Shown here one piece after another: positions 31,620 through 40,885 of a stretch of 64,000 nt of DNA (position 1 is the first letter of the stretch; every line of letters begins with the position of its first letter). Source of the stretch: Verrucomicrobiaceae bacterium (GTDB lineage: Bacteria; Verrucomicrobiota; Verrucomicrobiia; Verrucomicrobiales; Verrucomicrobiaceae); NCBI GenBank assembly GCA_016795465.1, contig JAEUHK010000045.1:39785-103784 (forward strand), given 5' to 3'. A model generated the notes under the pieces. The model was not told the DNA's origin, made no database searches, and worked only from the letters and a program-made list of their open reading frames with translations. A program made the position numbers and the translations under genes.

Positions 31620-33589
31620 TGACCTTCCTCGTCCCAGCGCTGCTCTTTGCCCTGCCGCTCGCGGCGTTGCCGGTGGTCATTCATTTGATCCATCTGTATC
31701 GGCGGCGGCAGGTGAAGTGGGCGGCGATGATGTTTCTGCGCATGGCGCAGCGCATGAACAAGGGGCTGTCGCGGCTGCGGCAGATTTTGATCCTCGCGTT
31801 TCGCGTGCTGGCGGTGGCGGCGATCCTGTTTGTCATCACGCGGCCGATGGCGGGCGGTTTGCTCGGGCTCACCGGCGGTGTGCCGGACACGGTGATCGTG
31901 TTGCTCGACCGTTCGGCGAGCATGGAGCAGCAAAACCTCGCCACCGGCACCAGCAAGCGCAGCGCGGGCCTCGCGAAGCTCTCGCAGGCATTGCGCGACA
32001 CCGTGGGCACGCGCTCGAAGCTCGTGCTCATCGAAAACGCGCATCTCCAGCCGCAGGCGCTCGAAAAGCCGGAATCACTCACCGATTTGCCGATCACCGG
32101 CCCCACGGACACGAGCGCGGACGTGCCCGCGCTGCTGCAAAGCGCCCTCGACTACATCGCCACAAATCAAACCGGCCGCACCGACGTGTGGGTGCTCAGC
32201 GACCTGCGTCAAAGCGACTGGGATGCCGGCGGCGGACGCTGGCAGGCACTGCGCAGCGGCTTCGCCAGCCTCAAAGGTGTGCGTTTTCATCTGCTGACGT
32301 ATGCACAGCCCGCCGCGCAGAATTTGAGCATCGCCGTCGAGCGCGTCACGCGTCGCGAAACGGCCGAAAAAGCCGAACTGCTGCTTGATGTGCGTGTCAC
32401 GCGGGCGGATTCGGCCAAAGAGCCGATCGAACTGCCGCTGCGCTTCGTCGTGGGCGATGTCAGCACGACCTTCAAAGCCGAGATGAAGGACACGCAGCTC
32501 GTTTTGCAGGCGCATGCCATCCCCATCGCCAAAACGATGAAGCAGGGCCACGGCCGCGTCGAATTGCCCGCTGATGCCGCGCCGAGCGACAACGTCTTCC
32601 ACTTCGTCTTCGCCGAGCCGCCCGTGCTGCGCAGCGTGATCGTCAGCGACGACGAAGCCACCTTCACGCCGCTGCAAGCCGCGCTCGAAGCCGCCGCGGA
32701 CCCGACGCGAAAGTATGCCTGCAGCGTTTTGCCGCCTTCGCGTGCCGCCGAGATCGCGTGGGACGACACCGCGCTCATCGTCTGGCACGCGCCGCTGCCG
32801 AAGGAGGGCGACCTCATCGCCAAACAGCTCGCCAATGCCCGCTGCGTGCTCTTCTTGCCACCCGAGACGCCGAACACAAACGCCTTCGCCGGTCTGCAAT
32901 GGGGCGCGTGGAGCGGCGATAGCAAACCGGCCACCGTGAGCTGGTGGCGCAACGACGCCGGCCTGCTCGCGAACACCCGCAGCGGCACCGCGCTGCCGCT
33001 CGGCGATCTCGAAGTGCAGCGCCGCTGCGACATCCTCGGCGAAGGCACGCCGCTTGCCCGTCTCGGCGAAAACCAGCCGCTGCTCATGCGTGCGAACACC
33101 ACCGGCGAAAACCAAGTCTGGTTCCTCGGCACGCTTCCAAGTTCAGGCTCGTCAACTTTGGCCCGCGATGGCGTGGTGATGTTCGCCATGCTGCACCGTG
33201 CGCTTCAGGATGGCTCGCGTGGGCTTGGGAAGGCTCAACAGCGCGAAGCGGCTGCGAATGCGTTGGGTGCGGGTGAATGGAAAAGACGAGGTGAGACTCT
33301 TTTGAGCACCGAAATGCCTCTGCGAGCCGGAATCGTCGAAAGCGGTGACAGGCTCGTCGCGCTGAATCGGCCACTGCGGGAGGATGCGCCGGACTTTCTC
33401 GGCAAAACAGCCCTCGGTGAGCTCTTCGCGGGTCTCGATCATCACATCATCGAAGATCAGGTGGAGAACGAAACAAGTCTCGCCAGCGAGGTTTGGCGCA
33501 CGTTCCTGTTCTTGATGGCGATTGCGTTGCTCGGTGAGGCGCTGCTGTGCATGCCACCGAAGCCTCACTCGCCGCTGGCGGGAGCTTGA
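31619..33589 (+). CDS. BatA N-terminal domain and vWA domain membrane protein
   Basis: MTFL.P..L..LPVVIHL....V.WAAM.FL BatA signature, LLDRSASM MIDAS, VLSD, and a C-terminal TM. Confidence 0.9.
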   Translation: MTFLVPALLFALPLAALPVVIHLIHLYRRRQVKWAAMMFLRMAQRMNKGLSRLRQILILAFRVLAVAAILFVITRPMAGGLLGLTGGVPDTVIVLLDRSASMEQQNLATGTSKRSAGLAKLSQALRDTVGTRSKLVLIENAHLQPQALEKPESLTDLPITGPTDTSADVPALLQSALDYIATNQTGRTDVWVLSDLRQSDWDAGGGRWQALRSGFASLKGVRFHLLTYAQPAAQNLSIAVERVTRRETAEKAELLLDVRVTRADSAKEPIELPLRFVVGDVSTTFKAEMKDTQLVLQAHAIPIAKTMKQGHGRVELPADAAPSDNVFHFVFAEPPVLRSVIVSDDEATFTPLQAALEAAADPTRKYACSVLPPSRAAEIAWDDTALIVWHAPLPKEGDLIAKQLANARCVLFLPPETPNTNAFAGLQWGAWSGDSKPATVSWWRNDAGLLANTRSGTALPLGDLEVQRRCDILGEGTPLARLGENQPLLMRANTTGENQVWFLGTLPSSGSSTLARDGVVMFAMLHRALQDGSRGLGKAQQREAAANALGAGEWKRRGETLLSTEMPLRAGIVESGDRLVALNRPLREDAPDFLGKTALGELFAGLDHHIIEDQVENETSLASEVWRTFLFLMAIALLGEALLCMPPKPHSPLAGA

Positions 33590-35373
33590 GGATAAAACAG
33601 GCTCATCGCCTCGCGGATCACCGGGCTTTGCAGGCTCGCTTCATACACGCGATTCGGGATGCCACGGTTTTTGGCGAGGAAGTGATAGCTGCCGAGGGCT
33701 TCAAAACCCGCGTTGAGGGCTCCGTTCATCGGTAGATAGCTTCTGCCATCCGCGGTGAAGTTTTCGACAAGACCCCACGGGGGCATGAAACCGGCCTTTT
33801 CGAGCCGTTCGAGGCTTTGCAGCACTTCAGCAGGCTTTTCGGCCACGAGACCGCACATCAGCATGTAGTGCGGATGAATGAGCGTCTGCCCCGGCAGGTC
33901 CACACCGCCGACGAAGTAGGAATTACCAAACTCATTCTCACCCGCGGAAAGGCCGTGAAAGCCCAGCCGTGCCGCGAGGCTCGTCGGCATGGCACGCGTG
34001 AAATAGCTGCGTTGCGCACCGAGCATCACGCGACGGGCGGAGAGCCATTGCACGCCATCGAGCTTGTCCGGTGCATCACTCGCGAAATCGGGATGCAGCA
34101 GGCTTTGGATCTCCGTGATGAAGGCGGTGCCCTGCCACGCGTGCCCCGGATGATCGGAGGCTGAAACAGCACAGCCCGGCCTGGCGATGCGTTGCAGCAG
34201 CGTCACGAGCGCTGTCTCACCACCCCAGTCACGCCAGCCATGCGGCAGCACGGTTTGCCCTTCGGCATCAAGGCCATGCGAAAGATGCCCGGAGGGCAAA
34301 CGCAAGCCGTCGATGTCAATTTGCCGGATCATCGCGATGACTTCGTCCTCGATGGCGGACTCGCCGAGCATGCGTGCGGCCAGCAGGGCGCACTGCGCAT
34401 ACAGCGCGGTATCCACCGTGCTGTGCTCCGTGTGCGGATGAATGCTGAAACCGGTCTCATCACGGCGCACAAAGTGCGGCAGCAGACCTCTCGCCCGCTT
34501 CAGCCGGCCCACCGCCGCATGCGTGGTGCGCAGTGTCTCACGGGCAAAATCCACCGTGACCACGCCGATCTCTTTTTGCGAAGCCGCGGCAGTTGCGAGC
34601 ACCATCAACCCGGTGGCCGCGATGCTGTCAAAGGCACCCGAGTCGAGATGCGCACGATCCCGGGTGAACCCGGTGGTGGTGCAGTGATTGCGCAAGAGCT
34701 TCGCATACGAGGTGGTGAAGACCTGCCGGTCACGTTCCAGCCGCGGAACCTCCACGCCAAGGAAGAGCCCGCGCATGGTGATTTCGCTGCCCGGTTCCGC
34801 CGTCCACACGAGCAGCTTCGCATCCCGCAGATTCCGGCTCGGCAGCGGATGGGCATGCGGATGCGCCGGCTCGTCGTAGTAGGTCACCATTCGCTCCCAC
34901 AAGATCTCACCGACCGCGTTCTTGATCTCCAACTTGAGATTTCCCCGTCCCCCCGCATCCACCATCATCTGCGTGATGCGCGGCTGCCAGGCCTCGGCGA
35001 TCGGCGATGGATAGGCACGCGTGAAATCGAGCAACTCATGGCTGTCGCGTGCCTGCCCGGCGAGGCTGTGCCACATGCCCGCCCACACATCCGGCTGCTG
35101 GCCGAGATGCACGACGACCTTGTCATCCACCCACTCGATCTCATGCTCCGCCGGACCATGAAAACCAAAGTCCGTGCCGAGGTGCGTGTAGCTGGTGAAG
35201 GAATTCAGCCGTCGCGAGCCCTGAGGCGGCACAGCATCGTTTTGACGACGGATAAAGTAACGCTGCACCGGCTGCCACACGAGCCGGTGTCCAGCCCCGT
35301 GTTCCGCCGCAGGCAATACTCCACCGTTCACCAGAAGCAGAAGGCTGGAGAGCAGGACGAAGGGTTGGCGCAT
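33565..35373 (-). CDS. Secreted protein with probable (alpha/alpha)6 glycoside hydrolase domain (GH144/DUF3131-like)
   Basis: Signal peptide. GFTRDRA..SIAATG, GLLPHF, EHSTVDTAL and DWGGE resemble glucoamylase-like beta-glucanase domains. Confidence 0.55.
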   Translation of the reverse strand: MRQPFVLLSSLLLLVNGGVLPAAEHGAGHRLVWQPVQRYFIRRQNDAVPPQGSRRLNSFTSYTHLGTDFGFHGPAEHEIEWVDDKVVVHLGQQPDVWAGMWHSLAGQARDSHELLDFTRAYPSPIAEAWQPRITQMMVDAGGRGNLKLEIKNAVGEILWERMVTYYDEPAHPHAHPLPSRNLRDAKLLVWTAEPGSEITMRGLFLGVEVPRLERDRQVFTTSYAKLLRNHCTTTGFTRDRAHLDSGAFDSIAATGLMVLATAAASQKEIGVVTVDFARETLRTTHAAVGRLKRARGLLPHFVRRDETGFSIHPHTEHSTVDTALYAQCALLAARMLGESAIEDEVIAMIRQIDIDGLRLPSGHLSHGLDAEGQTVLPHGWRDWGGETALVTLLQRIARPGCAVSASDHPGHAWQGTAFITEIQSLLHPDFASDAPDKLDGVQWLSARRVMLGAQRSYFTRAMPTSLAARLGFHGLSAGENEFGNSYFVGGVDLPGQTLIHPHYMLMCGLVAEKPAEVLQSLERLEKAGFMPPWGLVENFTADGRSYLPMNGALNAGFEALGSYHFLAKNRGIPNRVYEASLQSPVIREAMSLFYPQAPASGE

Positions 35374-35531
35374 CGGGAACAAGGGCGGATTAGAGCGCTG
35401 ACGGCCCGCCTTTCTTTCCATGTCGAAACCTGATTTCAACCCTGAACGGGCTGGCAGGGCGAGACATCACCCCAAGAATTGACTCTACCGCGAGCACTGT
35501 TCAGACGATACGCGTTTATTATGACTTTTCT

Positions 35532-35561
35532 ATTGAGTATCTCAATTCTATTTAGTATGCT
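35532..35561 (+). promoter_or_regulatory. Sigma70-type promoter with a palindromic operator over the -35 element
   Basis: TTGAGT-N17-TATGCT, 15 nt upstream of the ATG at 35577. Perfect inverted repeat ATTGAG-tat-CTCAAT at 35532-35546 in an AT-rich patch. Confidence 0.6.
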
Positions 35562-35576
35562 TAACAATCCACTAGC

Positions 35577-36296
35577 ATGCCAACTCAGTTCACAATGCCT
35601 GCCTCACTTTTACCCTGCAAATGGGTGACAGGGATTCTTGCAGCCTTGTTGCTGCCCTTGGTAGCCGCTCAGGGGGGATCACTGAATTTCTACAACGTCC
35701 CGGGTAACACCCTGCTGATGGAGGACGGGGTCACGGCTCTCGACAATGCCTTCAAATTCGAATTCGGCACGTTTGAGACCGGTTTCACCCCCACGACCAG
35801 CAACATCACGGACTGGACGGCCAACTGGAAGCCCTTTGCCCGCGCCGAGGCACCCTCGATCAATGGCTGGAACTCGGCCATCTCCTATTTCAACAAAAGC
35901 GGCGTGCTGCTCGGCAGCGGCATGTCGGACCAAGGCCTCTCGCTAGACACCTTCAGCGGCGGCGAACTGGCTTACCTGTGGGTTTACAACGTCTTCAGCA
36001 TCTCCCCAGGCGGTGAGTGGGCACTCGTCACCAACGACAGCAGCGATGGCAACGCAGCCAACGACTGGCTGCTCCCCTCCCCTAGCGAGGCGCTTCCCTT
36101 TGAGTATCCGCTTTCGAGTGCCTTGAATCCCGTCTGGGGCGGCCTGCACAATGTTCAGGGCGGCGGCGATTTCACCGCGCCTCTCGCGGCGTTCACGCTG
36201 CAAACCCACGCGGTTCCGGAGCCTGGCAGCGTGATGCTCATCCTGCTCGCCGGCATCGCCTGGCGGATCAAACGGGCCCGCACCGTGAGCCGCTAA
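35577..36296 (+). CDS. PEP-CTERM sorting domain protein
   Basis: Signal peptide. C-terminal VPEPGS, TM helix and basic RIKRAR. Confidence 0.9.
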   Translation: MPTQFTMPASLLPCKWVTGILAALLLPLVAAQGGSLNFYNVPGNTLLMEDGVTALDNAFKFEFGTFETGFTPTTSNITDWTANWKPFARAEAPSINGWNSAISYFNKSGVLLGSGMSDQGLSLDTFSGGELAYLWVYNVFSISPGGEWALVTNDSSDGNAANDWLLPSPSEALPFEYPLSSALNPVWGGLHNVQGGGDFTAPLAAFTLQTHAVPEPGSVMLILLAGIAWRIKRARTVSR

Positions 36297-37192
36297 ACGG
36301 CCTTCGCAGCCACATCGCCCATCTTTGCATACACCTCCCGACCGGCGGCACTGTGCTGCACGAGATCATCGGAGAAGCGAATGCAGCCCGGTTCAAAAAT
36401 CGTGATGCAGCAGGAGCCACCGAAGCGGAAGTAGCCCTTCTCATCGCCCTTCGCCACCGCCTGCCCCGGCGTGAAGCTTTGCACGATCGAGCCCACACAC
36501 GTCGCGCCGATCTCCAGCAGCAACACCTCACCGAGGGCCTCCGTGTGCAACGTGGTGATCTCACGCTGATTCTCCCACAGGATCGATGGACGACGGCGCA
36601 GGGCAATTGGGCTCACGGAATAGAACGGGCCGTTCACGACCTTCGCGGCTGAAGGCGTGCCGCCGAAGGGAAAATGAAAGCGGTGATAGTCCACCGGGCA
36701 GAGACGTGAGATGAGCATGCTGCCATGCGCGAAGCGTTCCGCGAGCGTGGAGTTCTGCAGCAGGGCAGCGAGGTCAAAGCGGATGCCTTTGACGAAAAAG
36801 GAGTCACAGGCCGCGATGTCCGGCAGCACGAGATGACGGCCATCCGCGGGAAACGCGACCTCGTCCGCTCCTGCGGCGATGGGCCGGGCGGAGGGCTTCA
36901 GCTTGCGATAAAAGAACTCGTTGAAGGTCTGATAGCTCTCGGGCGCATCGGCCAGTTCACCCACATTGATGCCATACTGCTGAATGAAAGGCGCCACCTT
37001 CTCCCGACTCGCCGAGGCATCCATCCGGCTGCCATACCACGACGAGAAAAGACGGCGCTTCACCAGCGTGTGCAGCGGCAGAGCGCCGAGCGGATTTTCA
37101 TACACAAAGCGCAGGAAGCCCTCGCCATAGACTTGCTCGGTTTCGAGGCGACCGGTGAGACGGTTGTGATATTCGATGGGCTGGGAGGGCAT
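36293..37192 (-). CDS. psd: Phosphatidylserine decarboxylase proenzyme
   Basis: FNEFFYRKLK..ARP, PADGR, RLCPVDYHRFHFP, and the GYFRFGGS self-cleavage motif. Start at MPSQPI. Confidence 0.93.
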   Translation of the reverse strand: MPSQPIEYHNRLTGRLETEQVYGEGFLRFVYENPLGALPLHTLVKRRLFSSWYGSRMDASASREKVAPFIQQYGINVGELADAPESYQTFNEFFYRKLKPSARPIAAGADEVAFPADGRHLVLPDIAACDSFFVKGIRFDLAALLQNSTLAERFAHGSMLISRLCPVDYHRFHFPFGGTPSAAKVVNGPFYSVSPIALRRRPSILWENQREITTLHTEALGEVLLLEIGATCVGSIVQSFTPGQAVAKGDEKGYFRFGGSCCITIFEPGCIRFSDDLVQHSAAGREVYAKMGDVAAKAV

Positions 37193-37304
37193 GGAGGGCC
37201 GCCAAAATGGCCGTTTGGAGCAATTTTGCCACCTGAACAAAGTAGGAGACAAGCGAAGAGTCCTGCTCATCATCGCGGCCCTTTCCCGCCCCAGTCCCGA
37301 TTTT

Positions 37305-38960
37305 ATGAGCGAAGCCGAATCCAGCACTCCCGAAACATCCCAGACCGATTCTCTCGATCTGTCCAGCCTGCGCCTGATGCCCGCGTGGGTCGCTGATTTC
37401 GGCAAAGAGGAGAAAATCATCGAGCGCTTTGGAGATCGCGAAGACCGTCCGCAGCGTGGAGATCGCGGTGACCGCCATGGCGGTGGCTTTGGTGGAGATC
37501 GTCGCGGAGGCGGCGGTGGTGGTGGCGAGCGTCGTTTCGGTGGTGGTGCAGGCGCAGGCCCGCGTCGCGATGGCCCGGGAGGCCCACCGCGTGGAGATCG
37601 TCGTGATGGCCCTGGCGGTCCGCCGCGTGGCGACCGTCGTGACGGTCCTGGCGGAGGCCCTCGTCGTTTCGGTGATCGTGATCGTCGTCGTGATGGTGGT
37701 GATTCCCGCCCCCCTCAACGTGAGTGGGTGCCGATCCCGCAGGACATCCAGGTGACCATTTATCCGCAGGATGAGACGCTCGACACGCTCGCCCAGCATG
37801 TGCGCAACACCGGCCATGCCTTTAGCATGTTTGACGCCGCCCGCATCGTGCTCGCCGGTGGTGAGCGCTACAACGTGCGCTATCAATGCGCCGACACGCG
37901 TCCCACACCGCTTTTCAAAACCACTGCCGATGGCGGGCTCTTCCTCACGCGTGATGAGGCCGTCAATCACCTGCTCAATAGTCCCGTCATCGACGAATAC
38001 TACCGCGTCGAGGACATCGAGCTCGAAGTGCCGAAGGGTGATTTCAAATCCGTGGCCGTCTGTGGCATGAGCGGAGTAATCCTCGGCCCTGCCAGCCATC
38101 ACAGCTACCAGACGAAGCTCATCCGACTGCATCGCGAGCGCTTTGCGAACATGGCGTTCGAAGACTTCAAACGCCGCGTGAAGACCGACAGCACGCCGGA
38201 GACCATCGAGAAATGGAAGGAGCAGGCCAGCAAAGGTCGTCGCTGGGTTTATCTCAAAGGTGAAGTCGCCGAAGGAGCCGAACCGCAGGCCTTTTCGACC
38301 CGCGCCGAGGTCGAGGCCCACTTCCGCCGCATCCACGCCGCGGATTCCGTCATCGAACTGCGCGATGTGAACGTCCTCGGCAACATCGACAAGTCCAAGC
38401 TCACGCATGTGCTCTTCATCATGCTGCGCAATGCCGTCGAAAACGCTCGCAAGCACCTCTTCGACATCTCGCAGAAGCTTGCCTCCGGCCTCGAACGTCG
38501 CGGCTTGAAGATGTTCAAGCGCCGCAGTGGCAAGATGTTCGTCAGCCGCGTGCGTCCGCGTGCCGTCGATCCCTCCGTCGTCTTTTCCGCGCCTCTGGCG
38601 AAGATCGTCGAGCTGCTCAAGGAAAACTCCGGTGGCATGCACCTGCATGCCCTCGTCGAGGCCATCGCCCCGTCGCCACCACGCGATGAAGATGCCCCAG
38701 CCCCGGCTCCCGGCGAAGCTCCCAAGCCCACGCAGCAGCAAATCGAGGTCCTCAAGGACATCCGCTGGCTCACGAATGAAGGTTACGTCATCGAATACAG
38801 CGACGGCATGATCTTCCTCGGTGTCCAAGGAGAGCCTGCGCCTGTCAAAAAGGACGCCGAAGCTCCGAAGGCCGAAAAAGCCGAAAAACCCGCCAAAGCT
38901 CAAAAGCCCCGCAAAGTCCGCGTTCCAGTCATCGAAGTGCTCGAAGACGTGTTTGAGTGA
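37305..38960 (+). CDS. Hypothetical protein with N-terminal G/R/D/P-rich low-complexity region
   Basis: Strong host codon usage. RRDGPGGPPRGD repeats. Possible C-terminal winged helix (IRWLTNEGYVIEYSDG). Confidence 0.8.
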   Translation: MSEAESSTPETSQTDSLDLSSLRLMPAWVADFGKEEKIIERFGDREDRPQRGDRGDRHGGGFGGDRRGGGGGGGERRFGGGAGAGPRRDGPGGPPRGDRRDGPGGPPRGDRRDGPGGGPRRFGDRDRRRDGGDSRPPQREWVPIPQDIQVTIYPQDETLDTLAQHVRNTGHAFSMFDAARIVLAGGERYNVRYQCADTRPTPLFKTTADGGLFLTRDEAVNHLLNSPVIDEYYRVEDIELEVPKGDFKSVAVCGMSGVILGPASHHSYQTKLIRLHRERFANMAFEDFKRRVKTDSTPETIEKWKEQASKGRRWVYLKGEVAEGAEPQAFSTRAEVEAHFRRIHAADSVIELRDVNVLGNIDKSKLTHVLFIMLRNAVENARKHLFDISQKLASGLERRGLKMFKRRSGKMFVSRVRPRAVDPSVVFSAPLAKIVELLKENSGGMHLHALVEAIAPSPPRDEDAPAPAPGEAPKPTQQQIEVLKDIRWLTNEGYVIEYSDGMIFLGVQGEPAPVKKDAEAPKAEKAEKPAKAQKPRKVRVPVIEVLEDVFE

Positions 38961-38962
38961 TC

Positions 38963-39817
38963 TCAGGACATTGCCTTCCGCGGCACCTGCACCTCCCACA
39001 GCATCCGCACCGCTTGTGCAGCGGCCTTCACATTGTGCACACGGAAGATGTGTGCCCCGCGGGTCATCCCCGACGAAATGCACGCCACGGTGCCTGCATC
39101 ACGTTCGAGTGCCGGCACGCTGAGCACATCACCGATCACTGTCTTGCGTGACACCGGCAGCAGGATGGGGCGATCAAAGCGATGCAGCCGCTCCAGTTCG
39201 CGATAGATCGTGAGATTGTCATCACGCTGCTTCGCGAAGTCGATGCCGGGGTCCAACAGGATGCTTTCACGGCTTAAACCGACACTTTCAGCCATCACGA
39301 GCCGTTGCTCAAAGAAGCGCTCTAGCGTGTCCATGATGCTTTCATAGGTCACATGCGTGTGCGCCACCTTCGGCTGGCCCACGCTGTGCATGATGAGCAG
39401 CGCCGCGCCATGCTCGGCGCAGAGTTTCGCGTTAAAAGCATCCGGCAGACCGCTAATGTCATTGATGATGTCGCCACCATGCGGCAGCACCTCGGCGATG
39501 ACATCAGACCGCCAAGTATTGATCGAGAGCAGCGGCGTGTTGTGATGGGCTCGCAGCTCCGGCCATTTGGCCAGGAAAGGCTTCAAGCGGTCGATCTCCT
39601 CCTCCACGCTGATCGCCTCACGGTTCGTGCGGGCGCTTTCGGCGCCAATGTCGATGATGTCGGCACCATCGCGGAGTTGCTGCTCGGCTTGAGCCAGGGC
39701 CGCAGTCGGATCGAGCGTCCCATCGCCGCAAAACGAGTCGTCATTGATGTTCACGATGCCCATCACCATCGGGCGGCGGGGGAATTCGATCACATGCTGG
39801 CGGGCGCGGAGGATCAT
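38963..39817 (-). CDS. folP: Dihydropteroate synthase
   Basis: VMGIVNINDDSF, IIDIGAESAR, INDISG, LDPGIDFAK, SRK and IFRVHNV. Confidence 0.95.
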   Translation of the reverse strand: MILRARQHVIEFPRRPMVMGIVNINDDSFCGDGTLDPTAALAQAEQQLRDGADIIDIGAESARTNREAISVEEEIDRLKPFLAKWPELRAHHNTPLLSINTWRSDVIAEVLPHGGDIINDISGLPDAFNAKLCAEHGAALLIMHSVGQPKVAHTHVTYESIMDTLERFFEQRLVMAESVGLSRESILLDPGIDFAKQRDDNLTIYRELERLHRFDRPILLPVSRKTVIGDVLSVPALERDAGTVACISSGMTRGAHIFRVHNVKAAAQAVRMLWEVQVPRKAMS

Positions 39818-40815
39818 GCGGGCAGGATCTGCGGCTTGATCACCGCCACCTTCATCGGTTCGAGCACGGCCTTGAGCTTCTCAAACATCGCATCGTCCTC
39901 GTAAGTGCCCACGATGGCACCGCCGGAGCCGGTGAACTTGGCGCTCGCACCCACCTCGCGGGCCGCCTCGACCATGTCGATGTTTCCCTGGCTGATCTGG
40001 TAAAGGCGACGGCGCAGGTCAAAGTTCTCATTCAGCAGCGGCCCGATCTCGCGACCGCGACCTTCGACGAGCATGTCACGCACGCGATGCGCCAGCCCGG
40101 CCCAGTGATACATTGCACTAACCACTTCACGCTCGCCACGCTTCCAGCGACCGCGGATGTCATTGTGAAACACCTCCGTGCCCTCGCTGAGCTGCGTCGT
40201 GTAAGCGACATACACCGGCGGCAGCAGCTTGGGATCAAGCTCCTCGTAAATGCCGTAGCCGAGCTTTTCGATGCTCGCCCGATTGAAGTCCATGAACACC
40301 ACACCCTCGTAACTTTGGATCACGCGGTCTTGAAGGCCCGCCGGGATGCCCAGCTCCTCATTTTCGACTGCGAGCACGAGGCTGGGCACGAGATGCTTCG
40401 GTATCTCCACCTTGTAAAACTGCATCAAAGCACGCCAGCAGGCCGTGATGATCGCGCTGCTGCCCGCCATGCCCACCTGCGGTGGAATGTTGCTCTGATA
40501 CCGCAGCGTGAAATTGCGACCGTGCAGCGGAATGTTGTTCTTGTGGCAGTATTCGAAGAAACGTTTCACACCGGCCTTCAGCAGGCGGATGCCGCCGTAG
40601 TAGCCGAATTGCTTCACATTCCGCACCAGCTCCTCGATGCTGCCAAAGACCGAGTGATCGCGCTCATTCGGCTCGATGCGCAGCTCTGGCGTCTCATACA
40701 GCGTCACCTCCGCGTGGAAGTTGCGGATGATGAAAGAGATCGTCTTGCCGAAGTAGCCGTCCGAGGGATTTCCCACCAGGCCGGCACGGGCAAAGGCTTT
40801 CGTTTGGATGAGCAT
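39814..40815 (-). CDS. GHMP kinase, glucuronokinase-like
   Basis: ARAGLVGNPSDGYFGKTISF, IPPQVGMAGSSA, AGLQDRV and KFTGSGGA. Confidence 0.85.
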   Translation of the reverse strand: MLIQTKAFARAGLVGNPSDGYFGKTISFIIRNFHAEVTLYETPELRIEPNERDHSVFGSIEELVRNVKQFGYYGGIRLLKAGVKRFFEYCHKNNIPLHGRNFTLRYQSNIPPQVGMAGSSAIITACWRALMQFYKVEIPKHLVPSLVLAVENEELGIPAGLQDRVIQSYEGVVFMDFNRASIEKLGYGIYEELDPKLLPPVYVAYTTQLSEGTEVFHNDIRGRWKRGEREVVSAMYHWAGLAHRVRDMLVEGRGREIGPLLNENFDLRRRLYQISQGNIDMVEAAREVGASAKFTGSGGAIVGTYEDDAMFEKLKAVLEPMKVAVIKPQILPA

Positions 40816-40885
40816 GAAGAGGCAAAAAGGGGGCTGAAGAGAGTACGCTAAGGTTCACCGCGTGAAACGGCAAGCCAAAGCTCGG

